Shown here: piece after piece, positions 54,021-64,000 of the stretch | Layout: each line of letters starts with the position of its first letter | Numbering within the stretch: position 1 is the first letter of the stretch | NCBI RefSeq assembly: GCF_009834535.1 | Contig: NC_045696.1 | Location: 116,996,001 to 117,060,000 of the forward strand | DNA length: 64,000 nt | Direction of reading: 5' to 3' | Source of the DNA: Camelus ferus | Lineage: Eukaryota | Position numbers and translations under genes: made by a program | Notes under the pieces: model-generated | Database searches by the model: none | Seen by the model: only the letters and a program-made list of their open reading frames with translations | What the model was told of the DNA's origin: nothing

Positions 54021-54680
54021 AAATAACACACATAGAATATAGCAACAAGACAGTATTTTTACTTCTCTCAAATTAACAAATATATATTATATATATATAT
54101 AGTGTGTGTGCATGTGTGTATGTACATTGGTACTGATGAAAGTTTGGTAAGGTGGACATATTTGTATACTGATGGTAGGAATACAAATTAGTATATTTCT
54201 GGAAATAAATTTACCAATAATCATTAGTACTTAATCCAGTAATTACACTCCTTGGAATCTATACTAATGAAACATTCAGAAGTCTAAAGATTTATATGCA
54301 TGGAGACTCATTTCTTTTAACTTATAATTTAGAAAATTGGAAAGAAACCTGAATGTCCAAAAAGTAGGATGTAATTATATAAAGTATGTCACATTTATGC
54401 AGTTGATTGAATAGCTATTAAATGATGTTTACAAACAATTTTTGGCTAGTATGGAAAAATCCTCTATTAAATATTTAGCAAAAGGAAAGGATAGCCGTTA
54501 ATATTGGACTATTGTATCCATAGCATAAACTAAGAATGTGAAAACTTAAAGAAAATAAATACAAATGCTAACAGTGGTCGTTACTGGGAAGCAAGATTAT
54601 GATTGTCATTTTCTTTTTTTCACAGTTTTCTGCTTTCATAGTTTGTATTTTTGTGAGAAAACTAGGATTAAAATTACATC
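54020..54680 (+). mobile_element. Old L1ME-like 3' fragment
   Basis: tgtatactgatggtaggaatacaaattagta, aatccagtaattacactccttggaatctata, aaattggaaagaaacctgaatgtcca, aaatgctaacagtggtcgttactggg. Confidence 0.7.
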
Positions 54681-54826
54681 ATAACTTAAAACAGTAATTT
54701 TATTAATATTTGCAAATATACTGTCAAAGATGCTAAAACTTTATAAGGTAAAGATATCTAAATACATGTCCTATACAGTAGTCAATTATGCTTGATGTAT
54801 TTGACATACAAATAAAGCCAGAATAT

Positions 54827-54902
54827 TTTTTAATGTTTATTTTTTATTAAAGTATAGTTGATTTAAAATGTTAGTTTCAGGAGTATAGCGAAGTGATTCA
54901 AT

Positions 54903-54936
<34 letters not shown>

Positions 54937-55017
54937 TATTTTTCAGATTATTTTCCATTACAGCTCATTACAAGAAATGGAATTTAGTTCCCTGTACTAT
55001 ACAGTAGGTCCTTGTTG
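54827..55017 (-). mobile_element. Short lineage-specific L1 3' end with TSD
   Basis: attaaagtatagttgattta...tagttccctgtactatacagtaggtccttgttg; TSD aaa(g/a)ccagaatat at 54814-54826 and 55018-55030. Confidence 0.85.
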
Positions 55018-55237
55018 AAAACCAGAATATATTTCTCTGAACATAAGGTATTGCATTATGTTTATCAGTTTGGAATAAATTCTTTTAGCCTTTTCTCCTT
55101 CCTTGATAAACTTCTTAAAAAATAACTTCTATTGGTTTTTTTTTCTTTTGGGATGGGTAGTAGTGATCTGTATAAAATGGATTTACATTTTCCAGTACAA
55201 AACTCAATGCTCATAACTAATACTCATAATACGCAGT

Positions 55238-55960
55238 GTCAGAGACATTGAAGGCTCACCACACATCCACATGCTCACTTATAATTTCTAGCTGCCTTTC
55301 AGGTTACATGATTGTGTGATGAATTTTTGCTAATGATGTTACCCTACAGATCTTTCTCCCCTTCTGCCATAAACTGGAAACCTCATCACAAGATTAAAAG
55401 TGAAAGGTGTTTTGCCCAGATACCTGCTAACCCAGGGAGTCACCAGTGAATAACAGCATACACACTTGTGAAAAATGAATCTTCGTTATGCTCGCCCACT
55501 GGAGTTTCAGGATTTGTTTCTTACTTCAGCTTCGGCTAACTCTATGTACCAATACAAGTATTGGTACTAGAAGCGAGGGCTGCCATAAAAACAAAAGAAA
55601 AAAAGCAAAACTTTAAAATATGTGGCATAAGGGTCATAGTTGGGCAGTAGGAAGTGAAAAAACGTACGTAGTGGCTGGAAACGTGGTGATTCTGTTATCC
55701 TCTGGCAAAACACCTGGTGAAATTTGGTGATGCTATTGGTTACCTTTTGCGACTGAGTTCAAGAAAAAAAATTGAGATTTTGAAAACAATTAGCTGGCTT
55801 GTAGGTGGAAATGGAAAGGAATAAAGAGAGCCCAGAAATTCAAGGCGTGGTAAGGTTGGAATAGTGACAAGTGACTGATAGACACCAATCCATGAGATAC
55901 AGCATTTTCAGAAGGCTCTTTTCAATAAATGTAAAATGGGCAGGCAGTGAGAAGGACTCA
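55238..55960 (+). mobile_element. MaLR 5' LTR (MLT1I/J-like, to about 55556) plus start of the internal region
   Basis: LTR end cccactggagtttcaggatttgtttcttac...ccaataca is followed directly by an MLT-int-type start attggtactagaagcgagggctgccataa...aaaatatgtggc and tctggcaaaacacctggtgaaa. Confidence 0.7.
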
Positions 55961-56819
55961 GGACAGCCATCAGATTTGCATCTTAAAGTAGCTGAGGTAC
56001 ATTATCACATATCTCATGATGTAGAATCCACTCATCTCTACTAGTCTAGTCTTTCAATACACCTTTTGCCTTATTTCACTAAGGATGTTCATCTCCTTCC
56101 ATTTTATTACTAGAGTTAGAATTCTTTTACATTTTTTATTATTTAACATTTCTTTATATTTTTTAATACTTTGAACATGAGAATTTGATGTTCCTTAAAG
56201 TATGCTCTAATGTTGAAGAATTTTTAAAAATCCACGTGTTTGCTCTGAGTATCTCTAAAGTTGTCATGTAATGTACAATCTAGGGCATCTTAAATTGGCT
56301 TTCAGCCAGGCAACAATCATGACATAGTTATCACTGCCTGTGTGCATGACCAAGACTTGGGCATAGCTGGTTATTTGTTATGACATCAATTGAGCTCTGG
56401 ACATTATTGAAATACACTATGTATACTAAATTCCACTCCTGTTTTTTAAAAAATTTTCACAATGATTTAAAGGTGAAAAGTTATTGTCTGCCTAGAAAAG
56501 CAAAGGAAGAAAGCAGTGGGGGCATAAATTTGCTATTTGCAAAGCAAACATTTCCATCAGAAGAATAAACCTATGCTATATTTTCTTGCAAAGCTGCAGC
56601 CAAATGCTTTATGAGATCTAGGAAAGAAGAAATCCACAGCAGATGATGTGTAAGGTTTTCTTACTTATATAGATGCTAAAATATTGCCCTATCACACACA
56701 AGAAATAGTAAGCATCAAAACTTGCAGAATAGATACGTGGGGCATAGAGGAAATTGCAGAAACATGCTGGGCTTGTAAACAAAGCCGTGTTCCCAAGGAG
56801 GATACCTGTAGGAACCCGT

Positions 56820-56835
56820 GGATGATGATGATGAC

Positions 56836-56871
<36 letters not shown>

Positions 56872-56895
56872 AATGGTGATTTATATGATGATGAC
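56820..56895. repeat. (GAT)n / (ATC)n trinucleotide microsatellite
   Basis: About 17 near-perfect gat units followed by a degenerate tail. Confidence 0.95.
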
Positions 56896-57189
56896 TGAAA
56901 TGATATGAAAAGAGTTGGGCTCTAAGTGAGAACACATTGTGAGATTATCTTAACTAGACTATTTCACTCATATGCCCTTTCTAATGAATGCCCTCCCAAA
57001 CTTACATGATAGAAGGAAAAAACTACATCTGTAAAAGTCTGGCAGATCTTTGAAAAAGTATAGAAAATTGAAAAACCTAAGGGATATAAAGCAATGGTTC
57101 TTAGTTTAATTGGAAGCATTTTCCACCCAGTAGTATGTAAAATGATGATTCGTACAATGATAGTGTTTTCAATTAGATGATATGTTTTT

Positions 57190-57570
57190 ATATCTGTTGG
57201 AATCCTTCTGTTGTAAGTAAAAAAGTAAGAGACTCAGACTTGCCTAGACACTAAAGGTAATTATTTTAATTAATGACAAAGTCTGATTTTTCAGCTTGAT
57301 TCAGGTCAGCCTTGAGCCAGGGGCTCATAGTACACTAAGGAATTCATTTCTGTGTCCTTACCCTGCCTTCCACAGTATGGATTTATTCCCCAGATTCACT
57401 CTCTTTATAATGTCGAGGTGACTCCCAGCAGTTGCTGGGCCAACAGGCTTCTTTTTCCACAGTCAGCAGGATAAAGTGGGAAATTTTCCTTAGATATCTA
57501 GAAAAAGTTAGCAGGTCACTCAGATTGGGCCAGTTTAGGACACATGCTCCGTCCCTTGAGTCCCCAGATG
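57190..57570 (-). mobile_element. MaLR LTR (MLT1J/K-like)
   Basis: ttctgttgtaagtaa...actcagacttgcctaga, ttcaggtcagccttgagccaggggctca, cagattgggccagtttaggacacatgctccgtcccttga. Confidence 0.7.
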
Positions 57571-57649
57571 TTAGAGAGAACTCTTGAGTAGGAAGAAAAA
57601 GAAAATCACAAACGATGAGAAAATACACTTACTCACCAAGCAGAGCAGA

Positions 57650-58035
57650 CCCATCAATTTCCTGTCTATATCATCACACACATCAGTGCCTTGGGGCCTG
57701 ATTTCCTGACTGTCAGCACCCACATCTTCTGCCTTAGGACTTTTATGGTCCCCCAACGTTGGCAGACAAATACCCCAGCTCCTGGTTCTTTTGCTCTTTG
57801 GGCCAGATCATTCTAAGGCATGTATACCACCCTGGCTCCCAGAGCAGGATTAAATCCCAGTAACTTTCAGTTATAGATGAATTGATCTGAATTGATAACT
57901 TGCCTTTTATCAGTTGCTTCCCCTTCCTTGTCTCTCTTTTCTGTTCCCCTTCCAGCATTCCCTTCTCCCAAGCAAGCTCTTTGCACTTCTATCTTTGGCT
58001 TAGCATCTGCGTCTGGCGAAATCTGAACTCAGGCA
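57650..58035 (+). mobile_element. ERVL LTR (LTR16-like)
   Basis: tgggccagatcattctaaggcatgt, gcaggattaaatcccagt, gcttccccttccttgtctc, 3' end ctcccaagcaagctctttgcac...atctgaactcaggca. Confidence 0.7.
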
Positions 58036-58099
58036 GTGATATTGATACTTTGCCTTTCCCTACTCATTTCTAATGTGAATGTTTATCTCTCAAGATTTA

Positions 58100-58250
58100 T
58101 CAGAACCTCAGTTTCTTCTTGAATAAAAGGGATATTGTAATGCTTGCCCACTCTCTTGTTAAGATTCTTAGGAAGATCAAGTGAGATAATGCACATAAAA
58201 ACAAAACATGGTGTAAGGGGCTGCCCAGATGAGCATAGGTATGGTTATAA
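58100..58250 (+). mobile_element. MIR fragment
   Basis: aacctcagtttcttcttgaataaaagggata...gaagatcaagtgagataatgcacataaaa. Confidence 0.7.
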
Positions 58251-58719
58251 TTACCGTATATTTTAGAAAAATCAATCCTCTCCATTACTGACAAGTAAAC
58301 AGCAAATAGTATTCATCAGTGGAGGGATCCTAGGCACTGCCTTCTGCCTTCTCTTGGAATAAAAAGGACAAGAATTAATAACAAATTAGATGATTCACCA
58401 CAGAGGGATTACCTAAGGCACCCCTTTTTGTAGGCTACAGCTGCCCATTTATTTCTGGTTAATTCCAGAGACCTCTCAGCAGGGAGGGAGCATCAAGTGA
58501 ACAGGAAAAGGGTGCTGGAAAAGGGCAGGGGAACGCTGCCTGCTAGGCACTGCTTACTCAAAGGCTGAGGTCCCTGAACTGACTCACACTTCAGGCTCCA
58601 CAGGACTGTTGTTGGAGAACAGGACCCACGCCACACCCACTCACCCAGTGCACAACGTTGGTGAACAGGAAAAACTCAGATCGAACTGACAACAAATAGT
58701 CACCAATTTTACAGTCATT

Positions 58720-58860
58720 GGGGTGGGTACAGCTCCGCGGTAGAGCACATGCTTAGTATGCACGAGGTTCTGGTTTCAATCCCCAGTACCTCCAGTAAAA
58801 AAACCAAACACCTAATTACCTCCCCCCTACAAAAAAAAAAAAAAAAAAAAAAGAAGGAAA
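58720..58860 (+). mobile_element. tRNA-derived SINE (camelid-type), long form
   Basis: ggggtgggtacagctccgcggtagagc (A box), ggtttcaatcccc (B box), A-rich linker, cctaattacctcccccc segment, poly(A); TSD ttacagtcatt / ttatggtcatt. Confidence 0.92.
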
Positions 58861-58919
58861 TTATGGTCATTAATTTTACTCAACTTTTGAACTCAATATG
58901 CTTCACTTTGCTATGCTCT

Positions 58920-60080
58920 ATTTTTATTATTTTAAACATACACGTTATTGAATTCTAACATACGTGCAGGAAAGTTCACAAACCCTAAGTGTACAGTGTA
59001 AGGAACTGTCACAATGTGAACACACTGGTAATTACTGCACAAATCAAGAAATTATCAGCACCCCTGGAGCTCCCTCCCAGTCACTACCCTACTATTGTCT
59101 GCAGAGGTTTCCTTTATCTGGATTTTACCACCAGAGATTAATTTTGCCTGATATTGAACTTTACGTAAGTGGAATTGTGTGGTAGGCATTCTTTCCTGTC
59201 TGGCTTCTTTCACTAAAATTTTGATCTTAAGACTCCTCTCGGCTACTGCGTGTAGCCATATGTTCACTCATTTCATGGCTGGAGAGAGTATTGTGTTGTG
59301 TGACTACCATGAGTTACTGACCCAGTCTACTGCTGATCAACATTTGGGCTGTTTCCTGTCTTGGGCTATTGTTACCCAATCTGTAATGAACATTCTCATG
59401 AAAAGGCTTTTTACGGATATAGGTACTCATTTCTCTTGGGCATATTCCTTGGAATTGCTGGGTTATGGACAGCAAGTGCATGTTTATTTTCATTGCAAAT
59501 GACATTTCTTCCAAAGTAGTTGTACCTTTAGCAATCTGACCAACGGTTTATGAGAATTCCCGTTGCTGCATATCCTTGGAAACATGGTATTTATTGTTCG
59601 TTACCTTCATTTCACACATTCTGATGGGATCTCATTTGCTTTTCAATTACATTTCACTGATGACTAAATGACTTAAACATCCGTCTAAATACTCTTGGCC
59701 TATCTACCTGCTTAAATCTGTTGTCCATTCTTCTACTTGAGTTGTCTATTTTTCTCTTATTGAAGAAGCTTCTACATACATCATGAATACAAGTAATTTC
59801 TCAGTTAAGTGTATTGTGGCTTATTTCTCCCATTCTGTGGTTTCCCTTTTCCTCCACTTAATGTATTTAAGGAACATTAAGGAATGTTCTTAATTTTAAT
59901 GGAGTCTAATCTATCAAACAGAAATTTTTCATACCATGAAGTCATAAGGATATTCTTCTATAATATCTTCTAAAAATTTTATTGCTTGGATTTTTATATG
60001 CTTTCTAAAATCTACCTAAATTGATTTTTGCATAGGACTAAAATCAAAATTCATGTTTCTTTTCTTATAGATATCCAATC
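58920..60080 (-). mobile_element. Old L1 (L1MC/ME-like) 3' UTR and ORF2 end
   Basis: gaaagttcacaaaccctaagtgtacag, ttaattttgcctgatattgaactttacgtaagtggaat, ctactgctgatcaacatttgggctgtttcc, attacatttcactgatgactaa. Confidence 0.85.
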
Positions 60081-60089
60081 ATTTGTCCT

Positions 60090-62380
60090 ATGCTTGAAGA
60101 ACTTCCATTAGTATTTCTTATACTGCAAGGATACTTGTAATAAATCCTTCCAGTTTATGTTTGTCTGAAAATTCTTTATTCTTTATTTTTTGAAAGATTT
60201 GTTTTCACTAGGTATAGTATTCTGGATTAACAGATTTTTTTTTCTTTTAATTATTTAAAGATGTCACTCCATTATCTCTGGCTTTCATAGTTCCTTACAA
60301 GATGTTGACTATAATTCTTTTCTTTGTTCTCTATGAGATGTGTTTTTAAGATTTCAAGAATTTTTTTAATCTTTGATTTTCAACAGTTTGAATATGATGA
60401 GTCTAGATATAGGTGTTATTATTAGCTGGTATTTATTTTTTGTTGGTTTCTCTGTATTATTGGTCCTATGTCTTAATATTGGGCAATTAATAATGGACAG
60501 TTTAATTTTTCATTAATATTGGACAATTTTGAGCCATTAGCCCACTACATATTTCTTCTGCCCCATTCTTTCTCTCTTCCCCTTCTGGAATTGCAACTAC
60601 ATATATATTAGACTGTTAGATATTATCCCACAGTCTTCACTGGTCTGTTCTATTTTATTCATTTCTTTTTCTCTTTCACCTCTTTTGGGGTAACTTCTAT
60701 TGACCTCTCTTCAAATTAGTGATTCATTCCTCATCTGTGTTAAGTCCACTGGTGATCTCATCGAAGGCATGATTCATCTCTCTTTCTGTGTTTTTCACTT
60801 TCAGTATTTTTTTTTTTTACACAGTATTTGTCTGTTGCTTCTTTGGTGCATAATTTTTAGTTAAAAGTTGACATATTGTACAGAATACTGGAGAATGAGA
60901 TAAACAAAGTGTATGTATGGAAACAGGCATGCCTCGTGCTTTGATAGGGCTTTACTGTGGAGGATCTGATCTGGACTGAGTTTTGTTTTTTGCCAGATCC
61001 CTTCAAATTCGTTTAGCACTAGCTGGTGCTTCGGCTGACAGCTGGTGTATTAAAGGGGTGTTCTCCATGCCTTCTTTACCTTTGGCCTCCGTTCTCTTCA
61101 CTGAATCTGCTCCGCAGAAAGTGTCTCTCTCCATGTTCTTGCCTCTGTCCCAGAATTAGAGCGCCGTTACTGACTACTCTGCTATCTACTACAACTCTGG
61201 CTGGCCTGACGGTGACGGGTGGGGAGTGTGTCCTGTGTTGTTTGGGTTTGATCTCCATCTGAGGCAGGTGCCAAGACTCTGGACATCAGGGATGCTGATG
61301 ACCCTGCATCTCTGCTAGTGGCAAAGGATCTCTACTGGTCTGAGTTCAGTATGTCTCCTTGCCCCTAATCTTGCGACTCTTGGGAGATCCATTGCTAAGA
61401 GCCTTCAATTAGGTGGTAAAACTTTTGTAAGTGTTGCGCCCAGAGGTCCTATAATTTCCTACTAGTTTACATATGTTCTTTTGTAATTTTAATGTTTAAT
61501 TTTTTTGTTGGGGGGAGGTACTGGGGATTGAACCCAGGGCCTCGTGCATGCTAAGCACTCACTCTTCCACTGAGCTGTGCCCTCCCCCCTCTTTAGTAAT
61601 TTAATAAATATTTTACTTGAATTGTTTTACTGAGTTGTGTGGAGTCCTAAGTCACATAAGCAGCTGTTCCTGTCCCCTCGGCCCCAGGACCCCATGCTTT
61701 TCCTTAGATTTCAGGTTGTTTGTTTGCCTTGCGAACCCATCTGTAATCTTTCTGAGCTTGAGAAAAAATAGTGAGCAGATTATCTGGGATTTTAAATTTT
61801 TGTTGTAAGGGTGAAAATGACACTTCTTCCAGCTTTCTCCATTCTGAGCAGAAACTACAAGTCAATCATAATACATGCTTATTACTATTTCTTTAAATTG
61901 TAATTCATTTTTAAGGGAAATTAAGAAATATGGAAAATAGCATTAAAAAGCCAACAAGAAATGCTGGAGAGGGTGTGAGAAAATAAGAGAAGCATGGAAA
62001 ATAGTTATTTTTTATTTATCTACCTATTTCCACTATTTTGTGTTCTTCATTCCTTTGGTATCTCTGAATTTTTATCTTATTTGTATCTATCTTTCAGGTT
62101 GAAGAACTTTCTTTAACATTCTTTGTATCATAGATCTTCTGGTGACACATTCCTTAGATTTTTGTTGATCTGAAAATGTATTTCATCTTCAGTTTTGAAG
62201 GATACTTTGGTGGCTGTAGAATTCTAGATTTTCTTTTTTCTCCAGCATTTTAAAGATGGCAGCCCATTGTCTACTGGTTCACATTGATTTCGAAGGAAGT
62301 CAGTTGTGATGCTTATCCTAGTTCATTCATACAGTGTGTTTTTCTACTTCTGGCTCCTCCCAAGATGTTCTAGTGACATT
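60090..62380 (-). mobile_element. Old L1 ORF1 / 5'-region fragments (at least two pieces, interrupted by a SINE)
   Basis: Antisense ORF1 hallmarks occur twice: tttgtctgaaaattctttattc...ttgaaagattt...aggtatagtattctgg (60.2 kb) and atctgaaaatgtatttcatcttcagttttgaaggata...gtagaattctag (62.2 kb). Confidence 0.7.
61490..61589 (-). mobile_element. tRNA-derived SINE (camelid-type), internally shortened form
   Basis: Minus strand gggggagggcacagctcagtgg...gggttcaatccccagtacctccccccaacaaaa; TSD tctt(t)(t/a)gtaattt at 61477-61489 and 61590-61602. Confidence 0.9.
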
Positions 62381-62529
62381 TAGAAGAGATCTGTCTCAAG
62401 CTTTCCAGGAGTTACTGAGTGTTTTGGAGGGATAGTCTCAATGTCATGGGTGGAGGGAAAAGCTTCTGCAATGATGCCAAGGCAGGAAGGAGAAGCTGGG
62501 TCATTATTAAAAAATGAAAGGGGGTTGAG

Positions 62530-62712
62530 CAAAGTGATCAGTTTGTCCTTTTTGCCCAGGACTTGCCCCGTTCTAGCCTTGCATTCTGGGAAACCCCTCA
62601 GTATCATGAAAACTGGGCAGTTTGCTCAGGAATAGCCCAGTTTTAAAACCAAAAGTTCTGTATCTTGGGGAACTTCTCAGACTCACACAAATCAGGGTGA
62701 CTGGTCATCCTA
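62530..62712. mobile_element. MER81-like hAT-Blackjack element with duplicated interior
   Basis: Degenerate TIRs caaagtgatcag / ctggtcatccta; core tttgcccaggact...gggaaacccctcag appears twice. Confidence 0.65.
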
Positions 62713-62854
62713 CATCCACTTGTCTCTTTATCCACCCCTTTCACTCTATCCTGTTTGTTACTAGCTTAGTTCATTTCCATGACATTTTACACTTGGATTG
62801 TTACAGTATACTGCTAACTGGTTTTCTTGGTTTTATCATTGGTCCCATACACTG

Positions 62855-63640
62855 TTTTGTTTTTCCATTATAGTTTGTTACATTATATTGAATATAATTC
62901 CCTGTGCTATAGAGTAGGACCTTGTTGTTTATCTACTTTATATATATATAGTAGTGTGCATCTGTTAACCGCAAATTTCTAATTTATTCCTCCCCTTCCT
63001 GCTTTGGGAACTAGAAGTGTGTTTTCTATGTCTGTGAGTTTGTTTCTGTTTTATAAATAAGTTCATTGGTATCTTCTTTTTAGATTCTACATATAAGTGA
63101 TACCATATGATATTTGTCTTTCTCTGTCTGACTTGCTTCACTTAGTACGATAATCTCTAGGTCTATCCATGTTGCTGCAAATGGCATTATTTCATTCTTT
63201 TTTATGGCTGAGTAATATTCCATTGTGTATATATACCACAACTTCTTTATCTAATCATTTATTGATGGACATTTAGGTTGCTTCTGTGTCTTGGCTATTG
63301 TAAATAGTGCTGATAAGAACATTGGGGTGCATGTATCTTTTCAAATTAGAGTTTCCTTTGGATATACACCCAGGGGTGGGATTGTTGGATCATATGGTAA
63401 CTTTATTTTTAAAGGAGCTTCCATACTGCCCTCCATAGTGGCTGCACCAAGCTACATTCCTGCCAACAGTGTAGGGGGGTTCCCTTTTCTCTACATCCTC
63501 TCCAGCATTTATTATTTGTGGACTTTTTAATGTTGGCAATTCTGACCTGTGTGAGGTGGTACCTCATTGTAGTTTTGATTTGCATTTCTCTGATAATTAG
63601 TGATGTTGAGCATCTTTTCATGTACCTGTTGGCCACCTGT
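62855..63640 (-). mobile_element. Lineage-specific L1, 5'-truncated
   Basis: ORF2 peptide [25 protein letters not shown]...[10 protein letters not shown]...VQPLW; same 3' UTR as the 15161 copy. Confidence 0.95.
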
Positions 63641-64000
63641 ACATACTTTGTTGATTTTAGCACTCATTTTCGAATTTGTGAACACAGAACATGCATAGCT
63701 TCTGAACTACATTTCTTGAAGTCAGTTCTGTATTGGTTTTGCCTTGAGACCAAAGTTTATCTGTCTGCTAGAACTTCAGTATCCATCTGTTTGTTCTAAT
63801 AGTGGAAGAGACCACCAATGGGATGTAGGAAATGATCCATTTTGATTACAGAAAATGCTCTATATTTTCTAGATCCAATGTGTATCAGCTGCCAAAGTCA
63901 AACCAGATCTAGAGTCACTTAATATTTTCTTTACTGACTCGACAGTGCCTGATGGTTTCCAACACTCACAACGTGCGATGAGTTTCCAATGAGCTTTTTT

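Noticed and set aside
56618..56935. Poly-His and poly-Met ORFs
   Set aside because: Both are readings of the (GAT)n microsatellite, with no supporting exon structure
58720..58795. tRNA-like A/B box sequences (also 17.4 and 61.5 kb)
   Set aside because: They have A-rich tails and TSDs, so they are SINE heads rather than tRNA genes
1..64000. CRISPR array, operon, or other prokaryotic or viral defence system
   Set aside because: No regularly spaced repeats, no dense ORF organisation and no intact viral genes; the sequence is ordinary repeat-rich mammalian DNA

Overview
This is mammalian (eutherian) non-coding genomic DNA, not a prokaryotic locus. The young tRNA-derived SINEs (17.4, 58.7, 61.5 kb) and the 3' ends of the young L1s look like camelid elements (camel/alpaca); that assignment is recall-based inference. 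Much of the window is recognisable interspersed repeat: young and old L1, L2, MIR, a probable CR1/L3 relic, MaLR/ERVL/ERV1 LTRs, and MER58, MER82, MER46C and MER81 DNA transposons. The main unique feature is a ~2.1 kb CpG island at 40.1-42.3 kb with GC boxes and splice donors on both strands. It most likely drives a minus-strand gene whose probably non-coding 5' exons and long introns fill 1-41 kb, and possibly a plus-strand antisense transcript. I cannot name the gene. I find no supportable host protein-coding exon: the listed ORFs are L1 ORF2 remnants, GC-rich artefacts, microsatellite artefacts or chance ORFs. I found no evidence of a new multi-gene system. The best-supported observations are mechanistic: a 5'-inverted (twin-primed) L1 with an 18-bp TSD, nested insertions, three structural variants of one SINE, a TSD showing reciprocal CpG decay, and a G4/hairpin element in the promoter. 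Repeat family names come from recalled consensus sequences, and boundaries are approximate unless a TSD is given.
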